Source: Marinilabilia sp. UBA5340 (GTDB lineage Bacteria > Bacteroidota > Bacteroidia > Bacteroidales > Marinilabiliaceae). Taken from it: a stretch of 64,000 nt of DNA. The notes beneath the pieces are model-generated. The model made no database searches and was not told where the DNA came from. It worked only from the letters and a program-made list of their open reading frames with translations. The first letter of the stretch is position 1. Each line of letters starts with the position of its first letter. The translations under genes were made by a program, and so were the position numbers. The stretch lies in contig DHQK01000129.1 in NCBI GenBank assembly GCA_002411085.1, forward strand, positions 35,977 to 99,976, in the 5' to 3' direction. Below are positions 1-10,900 of the stretch, in pieces.

Positions 1-511
1 AGGTTTTTCCGATTTTACAATGTTTATATATCTTGGCACCGGCATAAATAATGGTGTTGTCACCTATTTCAACTCCTTCGCCAATGAAAGCACCGGGCCA
101 AATTTGTACATTATTGCCGATTTTTGCTTTTTCGCTGATGTACGCAAATGCACCGACATAGGCAAACTCACCAACGGTGGCTGTCTGATCTATGAAGGAG
201 GGTTGTTCTATTCCGGTCTTTTTGGGCAAAGAACTTTCGTATAGCTGAAGGAGTTTGGCCAGTGCCTGATAAGCGTCTTCAACTCTTATTAGGGTGGCTT
301 TAATCTGACCCTCTGGCTTGAAACTGTTGTTGACAATAACTACCGATGCTTCAGTGTTATATATGTGCTGTTCGTACTTGGGATTGGCGAGAAATGTCAG
401 TGTCTCCGGACGACCTTCTTCTATTTTGGATACGTCACGGATAACCTGATTGGCATCTCCATCCACTTTCCCGTTAATGAGTTCAGCAATCTGTTGGGCA
501 GTAAATTCCAT
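1..511 (-). CDS. lpxD: UDP-3-O-acylglucosamine N-acyltransferase LpxD, 5' part (continues past window edge; not in supplied ORF track)
   Basis: Manual minus-strand translation from ATG at 511: [19 protein letters not shown]...[23 protein letters not shown]...[15 protein letters not shown]...then hexapeptide repeats ([25 protein letters not shown]). Confidence 0.93.
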   Translation of the reverse strand, partial: MEFTAQQIAELINGKVDGDANQVIRDVSKIEEGRPETLTFLANPKYEQHIYNTEASVVIVNNSFKPEGQIKATLIRVEDAYQALAKLLQLYESSLPKKTGIEQPSFIDQTATVGEFAYVGAFAYISEKAKIGNNVQIWPGAFIGEGVEIGDNTIIYAGAKIYKHCKIGKT

Positions 512-527
512 GTTGAAAAATTTGGCA

Positions 528-535
528 CAAAACTA
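528..535 (-). promoter_or_regulatory. Bacteroidota -7 element (TAGTTTTG) for lpxD
   Basis: Matches TAnnTTTG, ~17 nt upstream of the lpxD ATG. Confidence 0.5.
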
Positions 536-813
536 ATAAATATATCCTTTGGTGTAAAATAATGTTTGAATCGCTGACCTTTTTAGATCCAAATTTAAGG
601 ATGAAACGTTTGTTTAAATCATTAAAGATAACAATTGACCGGATGAAGCGGTTTGTAAATGAGGATGAAAAAACATGCATGATAAATTCAATGCCGGCAT
701 TGGTCTGTTATATTTTATGTCGATAAAATGGGGCGGGCAGGTGTTTAAATCCTGGATTTGGGTATTTCCCCTTTAAGATTTTACTTTTTGATGCATTATG
801 ATTTTAGTGGCTG

Positions 814-2076
814 TTATTTGGGATAGCAAAGTATATACTTGCTCACCGGCTTGGAAAGGGCTGTGTGGTCAAGCATGTCTGAAGCCCGCGAAATGTCTTT
901 GGTACTTCCGTCTTTGTAGATAATGTTGATGTTTTCACCTCCTGTTTTGTAGGTACTGTTTGAGACATGGTCCGTAAAAACGAAATAACTCATCTCTTCC
1001 GTCGAAAGGCCAAAAAGCTCTTTTTTTTCTTCTTTATGACGTTCTATAAGTTCATCCGAAAAAGGCGTGTCTGAAACTTCAATTCGTAACAGTTTTCGAT
1101 CCAGGATGCTTGCCGACAGGCACGCCAGGACTCGGTCATCATGATTTCTCCATATTTTTAGTGCGCTCATGATGTCGTTGTCATCCAGAATGGTGAAATC
1201 ATCCAGGATTTTGGGGTTGGTAAGAAAGTCTTTCTTGCAAAATCGATTCCGGAGAAATGTTTCCAAAAAAGGAGTGGCCGGAACTTCTTTCCCAAGTAGC
1301 GATAATTCTCTGGCTCTTTTTAATGCATTGATAAGCATTTTTTCTGCTACCAGGGCTGTTTTGTGGAGGTAGACCTGCCAATACATTAGTCGGCGGGCCA
1401 CCAGAAATTTTTCGATAGAATAGATGCCTTTGCCTTCAACTACCAGTTCATTGTTTTTTATTTCCAGCATCTTAATGATTCGATCTGATCCGATGACACC
1501 TTCGGATACTCCGGAAAAGAAGCTGTCTCTTTTCAGGTAATCCAGACGATCCACGTCCAGTTGGCTGGATACCAACTGGTGAAGGAAAAGTTTTCCGGTA
1601 TTTCCTTTAAATATTTCAATAGCAGCAGATAATTGTCCGTTAAAATGCTCGTTGAGCCGCTCCATCAGTAATAAAGAGATATCTTCGTGATCAAGGCTTT
1701 CGATGAGGGTTTGTTCCAATGCATGCGAAAACGGACCGTGTCCCAGATCATGCATGAGGATGGCTGCATGTGCTGCGATGGATTCTTCGTCCGATATTTG
1801 GTGGCCTTTGTTGCGAAGAACGGTAATGGCTGTTCCCATCAGATAAAAGGCTCCAAGCGTATGCTGGAAGCGGGTGTGAACTGCACCGGGGTAAACCAGG
1901 GACGTAAGCCCCAGTTGTTTGATTCTGCGCAAACGCTGAATGTAAGGATGTTCTATGAGCTCGAAGAGAATGTTGTCAGGGATGCTGATAAACCCGTGTA
2001 CCGGGTCATTGACAATTTTTCGCTGGTTGTATGGTTGTGGTGTATTCAATGTTTTCTTGCTGGTTTTGTGATACAA
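814..2076 (-). CDS. HD-domain phosphohydrolase (SAMHD1-like/dNTPase family); start may be the TTG at 2049
   Basis: NDPVHG, QRLRRIKQLG, HTRFQHTLG, MHDLGHGPFSHALE, DVDRLDYLKRD and MYWQVYLHK motifs; lies upstream of lpxD as is typical in Bacteroidota. Confidence 0.88.
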   Translation of the reverse strand: MYHKTSKKTLNTPQPYNQRKIVNDPVHGFISIPDNILFELIEHPYIQRLRRIKQLGLTSLVYPGAVHTRFQHTLGAFYLMGTAITVLRNKGHQISDEESIAAHAAILMHDLGHGPFSHALEQTLIESLDHEDISLLLMERLNEHFNGQLSAAIEIFKGNTGKLFLHQLVSSQLDVDRLDYLKRDSFFSGVSEGVIGSDRIIKMLEIKNNELVVEGKGIYSIEKFLVARRLMYWQVYLHKTALVAEKMLINALKRARELSLLGKEVPATPFLETFLRNRFCKKDFLTNPKILDDFTILDDNDIMSALKIWRNHDDRVLACLSASILDRKLLRIEVSDTPFSDELIERHKEEKKELFGLSTEEMSYFVFTDHVSNSTYKTGGENINIIYKDGSTKDISRASDMLDHTALSKPVSKYILCYPK

Positions 2077-2392
2077 AGAAAAACATTCGGATCGAATAGT
2101 ACAAATAGCACATTTTATTCCAGCCGGTCAAAAAAAATGTTTGTAGTCATTTCTCTGTGGTGAGATGGTTTGCTATCCAAAAATTCGCATAGACTTATTT
2201 GAGAAATCCCTCTATTCCCAAAGGATTCAATTAAGTAAAATTTGTCATGTTTGTCTTATGCTTCATTCAAATGATTGATTTTCTAAATCGGCGTTTACTT
2301 AATTTTCCCCAAAGGTTTCCAGAGAAAAATGTAAAACCGTTGCGAAAATTAGGTGTCATATCAAAATGATTTGATTTTTAGGAGGAAAGGTT

Positions 2393-2424
2393 TTTGCATA
2401 TTTGTTTGTCATTCCTTATCTTTG
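2393..2424 (+). promoter_or_regulatory. Primary-sigma promoter of rimP-nusA-infB
   Basis: TTTG (2393-2396), 20-nt spacer, TATCTTTG (2417-2424): Bacteroidota -33/-7 consensus. Confidence 0.75.
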
Positions 2425-2447
2425 CACCGGTTTTCACAGTAAGTGGG

Positions 2448-2474
2448 TAGGGGACAAGGGTCCCCTATTTTATT
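2448..2474 (+). promoter_or_regulatory. rimP leader hairpin (putative attenuator)
   Basis: TAGGGGAC-AAGG-GTCCCCTA followed by TTTTATT between the promoter and rimP; short GC-rich leader hairpins are known upstream of rimP-nusA-infB. Confidence 0.7.
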
Positions 2475-2486
2475 AATGGCTTGTCT

Positions 2487-2951
2487 ATGATAGTAAAAAA
2501 ACAAATAATGGGCCTGATTGCCGACAAGCTGGAGGCAGACGGGTTTTTTCCGGTGGAAGTGACCGTGAAGCCCGGAAACAGGATTGAGATTTTGATCGAC
2601 AGTAAAAATGGAGTTCCCATTGAGTATTGTGTTGAGATCTCCAGATTGGTAGAGCATTCATTCGATCGGGAGCAAGAGGATTTTGAATTAGAAGTCTCCT
2701 CTCCGGGTATAGGGCAGCCGTTTAAAGTTGTGGATCAGTATCACAAATGTTTGGACAGGCCTGTAGAAGTAATGGATAAAGAGGGGAAGATTCAAAAAGG
2801 AATACTTGAAGAAGTGAATGATGATGGTTTTGTCGTTAAAGAAGAAAAAATGGTGAAACCTGAAGGAAAAAAGAAAAAAGAGTTGCAGGTTTTGCATCAT
2901 CAGTTTAGTTTTGAGGATGTAAAGCGGGTTAAAGAGATTCTGACTTTGTAA
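2487..2951 (+). CDS. rimP: Ribosome maturation factor RimP
   Basis: CVEISR, DFELEVSSPGIGQPFKV motifs; first gene of the nusA-infB operon; ATG at 2487. Confidence 0.93.
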   Translation: MIVKKQIMGLIADKLEADGFFPVEVTVKPGNRIEILIDSKNGVPIEYCVEISRLVEHSFDREQEDFELEVSSPGIGQPFKVVDQYHKCLDRPVEVMDKEGKIQKGILEEVNDDGFVVKEEKMVKPEGKKKKELQVLHHQFSFEDVKRVKEILTL

Positions 2952-3020
2952 GTTTGAAACCAAATATTCCGGCAAACCGGATTAAGCAGATAAAAAAAGA
3001 ACGAACATACTACAACAGCG

Positions 3021-4259
3021 ATGGAAAATATAAATTTGATAGACACTTTTTCGGAATTTAAAGAGCTGAAAAACATTGACCGTGCTACCATGGTCAGGGT
3101 ACTCGAAGACTCATTCCGCAGTGTTTTGGTCAAGATTTTCGGAAGCGACGATAATTTTGACGTCATCGTAAATATCGATAAAGGTGATTTTGAGATCTGG
3201 CGTAATCGGGAAGTGGTGCCCGATGGAGAAGTGGAAGATCCCAATACTCAGATTTCACTGACCGAGGCGCGTAAATTTGACGAAGATTATGAAGTGGGAG
3301 AAGAAGTTGTGGATGAAGTTGATTTTCATAAGTTCGGACGCCGTGCCATTCTGACTTTGCGACAGAATCTTGCCGGCCAGATCATGGAGCTGGAAAAGGA
3401 TCATCTGTATAGTAAATATACTGAAAGAATCGGTGATGTGGTTACCGGAGAGGTTTATCAGATCTGGAAAAGAGAAATGTTGATCCTGGATGATGAGGGC
3501 AATGAGTTGATTTTGCCCCGGGCAGAGCAAATTCCCGGTGACTTTTTCAGAAAAGGTGAAACAGTACGTGCTGTTGTAATACGAGTGGAAATGAGGAATA
3601 ACAATCCGTTGATTATTCTTTCACGGACATCTCCTGTTTTCCTCGAACGATTGTTTGAATTTGAAGTTCCGGAGATATATGACGGTCTGATTACGATCAA
3701 GAAAATTGTGCGTGCTCCGGGTGAGCGTGCCAAAGTGGCTGTAGAATCGTATGATGATCGTATTGACCCGGTAGGTGCCTGTGTTGGAATGAAAGGCTCG
3801 CGTATCCATGGCATCGTGCGGGAATTACACAATGAAAACATTGATGTAATTAATTTTACCACCAATACACAGTTGTTTATTCAACGTGCATTGAATCCGG
3901 CCAAAGTGTCGAGTATTAAATTATTTGAAGAAGAGAAACGTGCTGATGTGTATCTTCAGCCAGAGGAAGTGTCGCTTGCTATAGGAAAAGGCGGCTTAAA
4001 TATCCGTCTGGCCAGTCAGCTTACCGGTTACGAAATAGATGTATACCGAGAAACAGAGGATGAGGACGAAGAAGACGTTTCTCTTGATGAATTTTCAGAC
4101 GAGATTGAAAGCTGGATACTTGATGAACTCAAAGCGATTGGTTGCGACACCGCCAAATCAGTACTTGACTTGACTGTGGAGGATCTGACCAAAAGGACAG
4201 ATCTGGAGGAAGAAACCATTCGGGAGGTAATCAATGTTCTGAAAGCCGAATTTGAATAA
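3021..4259 (+). CDS. nusA: Transcription termination/antitermination factor NusA
   Basis: LFEFEVPEIYDG, RAPGERAKVAV, DPVGACVGMKGSRI and SLAIGKGGLNIRLAS motifs. Confidence 0.98.
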   Translation: MENINLIDTFSEFKELKNIDRATMVRVLEDSFRSVLVKIFGSDDNFDVIVNIDKGDFEIWRNREVVPDGEVEDPNTQISLTEARKFDEDYEVGEEVVDEVDFHKFGRRAILTLRQNLAGQIMELEKDHLYSKYTERIGDVVTGEVYQIWKREMLILDDEGNELILPRAEQIPGDFFRKGETVRAVVIRVEMRNNNPLIILSRTSPVFLERLFEFEVPEIYDGLITIKKIVRAPGERAKVAVESYDDRIDPVGACVGMKGSRIHGIVRELHNENIDVINFTTNTQLFIQRALNPAKVSSIKLFEEEKRADVYLQPEEVSLAIGKGGLNIRLASQLTGYEIDVYRETEDEDEEDVSLDEFSDEIESWILDELKAIGCDTAKSVLDLTVEDLTKRTDLEEETIREVINVLKAEFE

Positions 4260-4324
4260 TTCGCTTATCTTTGTTCGGCAAAGATTTTTAATCTTTTTTA
4301 CCTGTAAAAACGAAAGTCCCTTAT

Positions 4325-7300
4325 ATGGCAGTTGGAAAAAGACTCAGCAAAATAGCAAAAGAATGTAATGTGGGAATCAGCACTATTGTTGAATTCCTGC
4401 ATAAAAAAGGATTCCAGATTGAATCCAATCCGAATACCAAAGTTTCGGAGGAGATGGTTGATCTTCTGAGACAGGAATATCGCTCTGACTTTACCGTGAA
4501 ACAAGAGTCGGAGAAACTGGTTGAGCGCAAGCAGAAAGGGAAAAAATCGTCTGTCTCTATTGATGACCTGATTGAAGGGGAAACCTCGGAAGACGAAATG
4601 GACATTGAAGAAGAGGAAGTCCCTGTTAAAAAACCGGAAAAGAAAAAAACGGAGGAGCCAGTTGCTGAGGTTTCAACGCCAAAACACAAAATGGATGTGA
4701 AGGTCGTGGGTAAAATCGACCTTGAGAAAAAGAAAAAAGCTGAAGAGGAGGCTAAAGAGCAGCAGGACGAGGTTCAAAAAACCGGTTCCGAGGCTGTTGA
4801 AGAGTCTGTCAAAGCATCAGATAAAACAGATAAATCTTCGCAGGAAGAAAAGAAGACTGAAGAGAAGGAACCTGAAGCAAATCAACCTAAGAAGGATGAT
4901 TCGAAAAAGGAAACTCCCGATCAAAAAGTAGACATTCCGGTGGAGGTAGAGAAACCAGACAAAGACTTGAAAGTGGTTGGAAAAATTGACCTTGAGGAAA
5001 AACCGGAAACTTCCCCGAAGAAAGAAGCCAAGGCTGAAGAACCCCGCAAGGAGCAAAAGCCCGCATCTCAGGATAAAAAATCATCTGAGGTGAATGCGGA
5101 AGCTAAAAAAGAGAAAGCTCCTGAAAAGAAAGCGGAAGAAAAACAAGTACCTGAAACAAAGGCTCCTGAAACGGCTAAGCCTGAAGCCGAAGGTAAAGAA
5201 GAGAAAAAGGATCCTGATAGTTTTATGCCTACCAAGGTGAAAAAGCTGTCCGGCCCTACTGTGGTTGGAAAGATAGATCTTCCTGCCAATGCGCGTAGCA
5301 ATGACAACAATCGTGAAGAGCTTCGTAAAAAGAAAAAGAAAAGAAAGCGCATTCGTAAAGAGAAGGAACGCGTAAACATCAACGAAAAGCAGCAACAACA
5401 AAATGCTGCTAACGGAGGAAAAGCTACCCCGGAGAAAAAAGAGAAACGGAAAAAGACCAAGGCTAAAAAGCGTCCTGCACGTCCCGAAGTGAGTGAAGAG
5501 GATGTTCAAAAGCAAATAAAAGAAACGCTGGCCAGACTAACCTCTAAAGGAAAGTCTAAAGCATCCCGTCACCGTCGCGATAAGCGCGATGCAGCTGCCC
5601 AGAAGGAGCAGGACGAGATGGAAAGATTGTCGGAAGAGAGCAAGGTGCTTAAAGTTACTGAGTTCCTGACAGCGAATGATCTTGCCAATATGATGGACGT
5701 TCAGGTGACACAAATTATCTCTACCTGTATGAGTCTTGGCTTGTTTGTTTCGATAAACCAGCGTCTTGATGCGGAAACCATTACGTTGGTAGCCGAGGAA
5801 TATGGCTATAATGTGGAATTCATTAGTGTGGATGCTGCAGAATCAATCGAAGAGGAAGAGGACAAACCAGAGGATATGAAAGCCCGTCCACCTATTATTA
5901 CGGTAATGGGACACGTTGACCATGGTAAAACATCTTTGCTTGACCATATTCGTAAAGCCAATGTAATTGCCGGTGAGGCAGGAGGTATTACCCAGCATAT
6001 TGGTGCATATAACGTAGAGCTGGCCGACGGTCGTGAAATAACTTTCCTGGATACACCAGGTCACGAAGCCTTTACCGCTATGCGTGCAAGGGGTGCCCAG
6101 GTAACTGATATTGCTATCATCATTGTGGCAGCCGATGACAATGTGATGCCCCAGACAATTGAGGCCATCAACCATGCCTCTGCTGCGGGCGTACCGATCG
6201 TTTTTGCCATCAACAAAATTGATAAACCCAATGCCAATCCTGACAGGGTGAAAGAGGAACTGGCCAATATGAATTACCTCGTTGAAGAATGGGGTGGAAA
6301 ATACCAGTCGCAGGATATTAGTGCCAAAAATGGAATCAACATTGAACAATTGCTGGAGAAGGTATTGCTTGAGGCTGATTTATTGGAACTAAAAGCCAAT
6401 CCAGATAAACCTGCTGTAGGTTCGGTGATTGAATCTACACTGGATCGTGGTCGTGGTTATGTGGCAACACTGCTGGTAACTGCCGGAACTCTTCGTACCG
6501 GAGATCTGATTCTTTCGGGACAGTATTATGGACACGTGAAGGCCATGTTCAATGAGCGAAATCAGAACATTGAAGAGGCAGGGCCTTCTGAACCAGTATT
6601 GGTTCTTGGCTTGAATGGTGCCCCACAGGCCGGTGAGAAATTCCATGTAATGGAGAATGAAAAGGAAGCCAAGGATATTGCAACCAAGCGTTCTCAATTG
6701 CAAAGGGAGCAGGGACTGCGAACCCAGAAGCATATTACACTGGATGAGATTGGTCGTCGTATTGCCATTGGAAACTTCCAGGAGTTAAATCTGGTGGTGA
6801 AAGGGGACGTGGATGGATCCATTGAAGCGCTTGCCGACTCTCTGATCAAACTCTCTACTGAGGAGATTCAGGTGAATGTAATCCACAAGGCTGTTGGTCA
6901 GATTTCCGAGTCAGATATTATGCTGGCAGCTGCCTCCAATGCCATCGTGATCGGATTCCAGGTGCGTCCTTCACTGGCTGCACGTCGACTGGCAGAAAAA
7001 GAGGAGATCGATATTCGTCTTTACTCTATTATCTATGACGCCATTGAAGAGATTACTTCTGCCATGGAAGGAATGCTTTCTCCCGAGATCAAGGAGCAGA
7101 TTACTGCCACTGTTGAAATCAGGGATGTCTTTAAGATTTCGAAGGTGGGAACAGTCGCCGGTTGTATGGTGAAAGAAGGAAAAGTTAAACGTAGCTCTAA
7201 GATTCGCGTGATTCGAGATGGTATTGTGATCTACACCGGAGAACTGGGATCTCTGAAGCGTTTTAAAGATGATGTCAAAGAAGTTGCTTCAGGTTACGAA

Positions 7301-7390
7301 TGTGGATTGAATATTAAGAATTTCAATGATATTAAAGTGGGAGACATTGTAGAAGCCTTCGAAGAGGTTGAAGTTTCCAGAACGCTTTAG
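4325..7390 (+). CDS. infB: Translation initiation factor IF-2
   Basis: [33 protein letters not shown] and [11 protein letters not shown] motifs; long charged N-terminal region; TATCTTTG at 4266-4273 may be an internal promoter. Confidence 0.99.
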   Translation: MAVGKRLSKIAKECNVGISTIVEFLHKKGFQIESNPNTKVSEEMVDLLRQEYRSDFTVKQESEKLVERKQKGKKSSVSIDDLIEGETSEDEMDIEEEEVPVKKPEKKKTEEPVAEVSTPKHKMDVKVVGKIDLEKKKKAEEEAKEQQDEVQKTGSEAVEESVKASDKTDKSSQEEKKTEEKEPEANQPKKDDSKKETPDQKVDIPVEVEKPDKDLKVVGKIDLEEKPETSPKKEAKAEEPRKEQKPASQDKKSSEVNAEAKKEKAPEKKAEEKQVPETKAPETAKPEAEGKEEKKDPDSFMPTKVKKLSGPTVVGKIDLPANARSNDNNREELRKKKKKRKRIRKEKERVNINEKQQQQNAANGGKATPEKKEKRKKTKAKKRPARPEVSEEDVQKQIKETLARLTSKGKSKASRHRRDKRDAAAQKEQDEMERLSEESKVLKVTEFLTANDLANMMDVQVTQIISTCMSLGLFVSINQRLDAETITLVAEEYGYNVEFISVDAAESIEEEEDKPEDMKARPPIITVMGHVDHGKTSLLDHIRKANVIAGEAGGITQHIGAYNVELADGREITFLDTPGHEAFTAMRARGAQVTDIAIIIVAADDNVMPQTIEAINHASAAGVPIVFAINKIDKPNANPDRVKEELANMNYLVEEWGGKYQSQDISAKNGINIEQLLEKVLLEADLLELKANPDKPAVGSVIESTLDRGRGYVATLLVTAGTLRTGDLILSGQYYGHVKAMFNERNQNIEEAGPSEPVLVLGLNGAPQAGEKFHVMENEKEAKDIATKRSQLQREQGLRTQKHITLDEIGRRIAIGNFQELNLVVKGDVDGSIEALADSLIKLSTEEIQVNVIHKAVGQISESDIMLAAASNAIVIGFQVRPSLAARRLAEKEEIDIRLYSIIYDAIEEITSAMEGMLSPEIKEQITATVEIRDVFKISKVGTVAGCMVKEGKVKRSSKIRVIRDGIVIYTGELGSLKRFKDDVKEVASGYECGLNIKNFNDIKVGDIVEAFEEVEVSRTL

Positions 7391-7408
7391 TACCACAGAT
7401 ATAAAATC

Positions 7409-7448
7409 AACAAAAAAGGCGATCGAATTTCGGTCGCCTTTTTTTGTT
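7409..7448. terminator. Bidirectional intrinsic terminator between convergent infB and gcvH
   Basis: AACAAAAAAGGCGATCGAA-TT-TCGGTCGCCTTTTTTTGTT, with an A-tract before and a T-tract after. Confidence 0.88.
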
Positions 7449-7461
7449 AACTTTCAGTGTC

Positions 7462-7839
7462 TTATTCAATGAGCTTTTTGTAGTCGCTGGCAGATAAAAG
7501 ATCCTCTGCCTGGTCGGGGTCGGCCATTTCAATTTTGACCATCCAGCCTCCTTCGTAAGGTTCTTTGTTAACCAGTTCAGGCTGGTTCTCCAGCTCTTCG
7601 TTTACCTCAATGATTTTCCCGGCAACAGGCATGTAAAGGTCAGATACAGTTTTTACGGCTTCGATGGTTCCGAATACCTCTTCTTTTTCCAGGTCTTCAT
7701 CTTCGGTTTCGATTTCGACAAAAACAATGTCTCCCAATTCGCTCTGTGCAAAGTCTGTAATTCCCACAATGGCCACGCCGCCGTCAATTTTGACCCACTC
7801 GTGGTCTTTGGTGAATTTTAGGTTTTCCGGTATGTTCAT
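7462..7839 (-). CDS. gcvH: Glycine cleavage H protein (lipoyl carrier)
   Basis: HEW, GITDFAQSELGDIVFV, lipoyl-Lys in EAVKTVSD, PYEGGW. Confidence 0.96.
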   Translation of the reverse strand: MNIPENLKFTKDHEWVKIDGGVAIVGITDFAQSELGDIVFVEIETEDEDLEKEEVFGTIEAVKTVSDLYMPVAGKIIEVNEELENQPELVNKEPYEGGWMVKIEMADPDQAEDLLSASDYKKLIE

Positions 7840-7956
7840 AACTTTTTGTTGATTTATGGATTCAATTTCAAAATTAGATATTTTTTTAGGAATTATCTAA
7901 CAGAATGGTTGCATATATTTAACCTCAAATAGTAGATGATGGTTTCCCTGCTGAGC

Positions 7957-10900
7957 TTACTGAGCCAGAGAGAAACGGAAACTGACACCCACATTGGTGT
8001 TGTAAGTAGGGTAGGAAGATGAGATATAAGGATTGTTTACCTGTCTATCGTAGAACAATTGTACATTGAACCGATCACTCAGCACGTAGTCAGCAGTGAT
8101 TTTTAGGGTGGTGATTTTTTGACCTGCCGTCATTTGGTTGGAGGCTTCCTGGATTTTTCGAATGATAGAAAAACTCTCGCGCATAGAAATGTCTGCTCTG
8201 AGGTTAAGGTCTGAGGATACTTTTGTTTGGTTACCTGAATTGCCGAGGATCATGTCCATTTTATCAAAGCGGTAGCCAATTCCAATAACCCATTCGTTAT
8301 TGTAATTCTCTATCAACTGATTGTTATTAAGACTCAGATTGAGAATTCTCCCTTTTTTGTATTCTGCTCTTGTACTGAAATTTCCGGGCCAGGTGATGTT
8401 GAACTGTAAAAATGGTGCGAATTGTTCGGTGATGGTCACTCCGCTGATCAGATATTTAGCCAGGAAATTGTCCTGTGCATCCCTGACAAAACTTAAGCCA
8501 TCACCATTTTCTTCCCATTCCAGATTTGTCTGGTAGTTTCCAATGGAATAGGTGGAGGTATAGGCATGGCTGATATCAAATGATTTTACAATTTTTTTAA
8601 AGAAATCTATTTTGGACAGACCACTGTAATTGATGCGCCAGTTGGGTTTGATATACGCCAGGGATGGAAAAGTTTCCAGGAATATGTTGTTGGCACTTTT
8701 GCCCGAGTAGGCTGCCAGAAAAGCCGGGATCAACACCTCTCTGGAGGTGAGGTTGTAGCCATCCACTCCGGATTCCACGTTATGTCCTCGTTCAGGATAG
8801 CCGTTTGGATTGTAAGGCAGTCCGGCAATATTGTTGTTTTGGTAGTATTCTGTTTCGGGGTAAACTGAACCTGATCGTTCATTGCCCAATCGTCTGGCTA
8901 TAATATTTCTGTTTTCCAGAAACTGTTCGTATGCCGGCGAGCTGTAATCTCCTTTTTTATCCACTTTGTCGAATGCCGTAGCCAGCGTGTTAAAACTCAT
9001 GGAGAAACTGCCGGATTCCATTGTGTTAAAAACACCTCGGAACTGGTCGCCATTAAAAAGATAATACTCGTTCATATTGTTCGAGTATCGTCGGTTTGCT
9101 GTAACATCAATGCGCAAATCTTTAATGGGCTCAATGGTGGCCCGGATGTTCAGATCCTGCGTTTGTGTCATGATGTAGGGGCTGTTCAGTGTGCTGTCGG
9201 TCGTCAACCAGTTGTTCTCCACAGCTTTCATTGCAAAATCCCGATCCTGAAATCCGATCAGGAAGGGTAATCCCGGAGCATTTACTCCCCGAACATCCTG
9301 ATTGCCTAAAAATCCAGGTTCCGGCAGATATCCGGGCAGGGTGGTTCCATTGTTCGAGGAGTAAGAGATTGATAAGTTTTTGATGCCTGTGGCCAGTTTA
9401 AGCACATTGTCGGTCACGATCCTGATGGGGGAAGTAGAGGTTTTTCGTTGACCGGTAATCAGGGTGCGGGCATTTGAAATGTCCCGTGATGCCGTAAAAC
9501 TTATTTTGTTGTTGTCAATGATACTGGTTTGTCCTTGTACCGGGCGACCGTTGCTGTCGAAGATGCGTACCTGCACATCCCGGGTGTTGAGTTTATGCTC
9601 AATTTCTATGGGGGTTCCTTTTTCAATGTTCAGGCTGTGACTGGTATATCTCAGTTGTTGGGTTCCTCCGGACCTCTGCTGAGGGCGTGAAAGGTTTCTG
9701 AGATAATCCACTTTGTTGTAAAGTCCTGTAAAATTAAGCTGAGTATTGGCCTGAATGGTATTGCTGTTGCGAATGGTATTTCCCCATTCGTATTCGTCTT
9801 CTGTGATGGGGCCCTGTTGCCAGTTGAACTGAGCTCCGTAGTTCAGATTGGCCGATGTCCAGTCGAGCAGCGGCAATTTATTGATGGGGAGTCTGTAGCT
9901 GGCATTAATGTTGTGCTGATAGTTGGTGGTGCGGCCATAAGAAAGGATATTGCGCATCACCGAATCTTTCCATACTTCATATTCATCCCGGTACCGGTCT
10001 TTGTTTACTACACCTGTAGGTTCATCAATGCGTGCATTGGTAGTCGTTCGAAAATCCACTTTCAGCGATCGCGTGAGGTTATAGGTCATTTCGAAATACC
10101 TGTTCCAGTTGAAATCTTTGCGTACCGACACAGGAATTTTAAAGGAGGGATTGTTTACATTTCTGAGCTGAGACTCGGAGTAATCCCGAAGTAGCTCCCA
10201 GCGGTAATTGATCTGACTGGGCAAAAGGTAGAAGTTAAAGTCCCTGATAAGTTTAAGTCCATTGCCTTTTACTCCTTTGAAGGGCTCTACGATTTTTGGT
10301 TGACTGGAATAATTGTAAGCCAGAATACCACGGTAAGTTTTGTCTATTTTGTATTCCGTATTGACATCCTTGTGCTCCGATTCATTGTATGAGTAGGTAG
10401 CACTGAGGTTGGAAATATCGTAAATCTTTGGTTGGGTATCTTTGGGTTTCAATCTTACGTTGGTGAAGTTGATACTTTTGCGGCTTGTGCGGTCTTGAGA
10501 AAGCTCCTTAATACTGTCTCGTTCAGCTTTGGACGAGGCATTGTCCAGGGCCTGCTCCATGGTGATGTCCGGATCAAGCGGATTGTATTCGGGTGTAGCG
10601 ACCTGTTCACTGACGCTTACATACATAGGGGCTGAAAGTCTGGATTCAGGGCCCAGCAGTTTTCCCAATTCCAGATTGGTCGCAATGTCGTACTGATAAT
10701 AATCCTCCTGGCTCCGTTCATTGACACTCTGTTCAATACTTCCGAAACCGATGGTGTTGACCTTCCCTGCCATAGAGACACTACCCAGATCGGCCAGTTT
10801 TACATTTACTCTGGCATTGGCAGCCCAACCGCCTTCTTCATCAAAGTCAGAAAGACGCAATTCGTTGAACCACACCTCGGTGGTTTTCATATCAATGGTG

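Noticed and set aside
523-538. TGGCAC resembling a sigma54 -24 element
   Set aside because: There is no -12 element, it points away from any plus-strand gene, and it overlaps the reverse complement of the lpxD TAGTTTTG promoter.
20-680. Short ORFs 20..244, 365..562 and 483..680
   Set aside because: Shadow frames of lpxD, the real minus-strand gene, which runs off the window edge.
814-2076. HD dNTPase-like gene as an anti-phage defence system
   Set aside because: It sits in the usual housekeeping position upstream of lpxD with no defence-island context.
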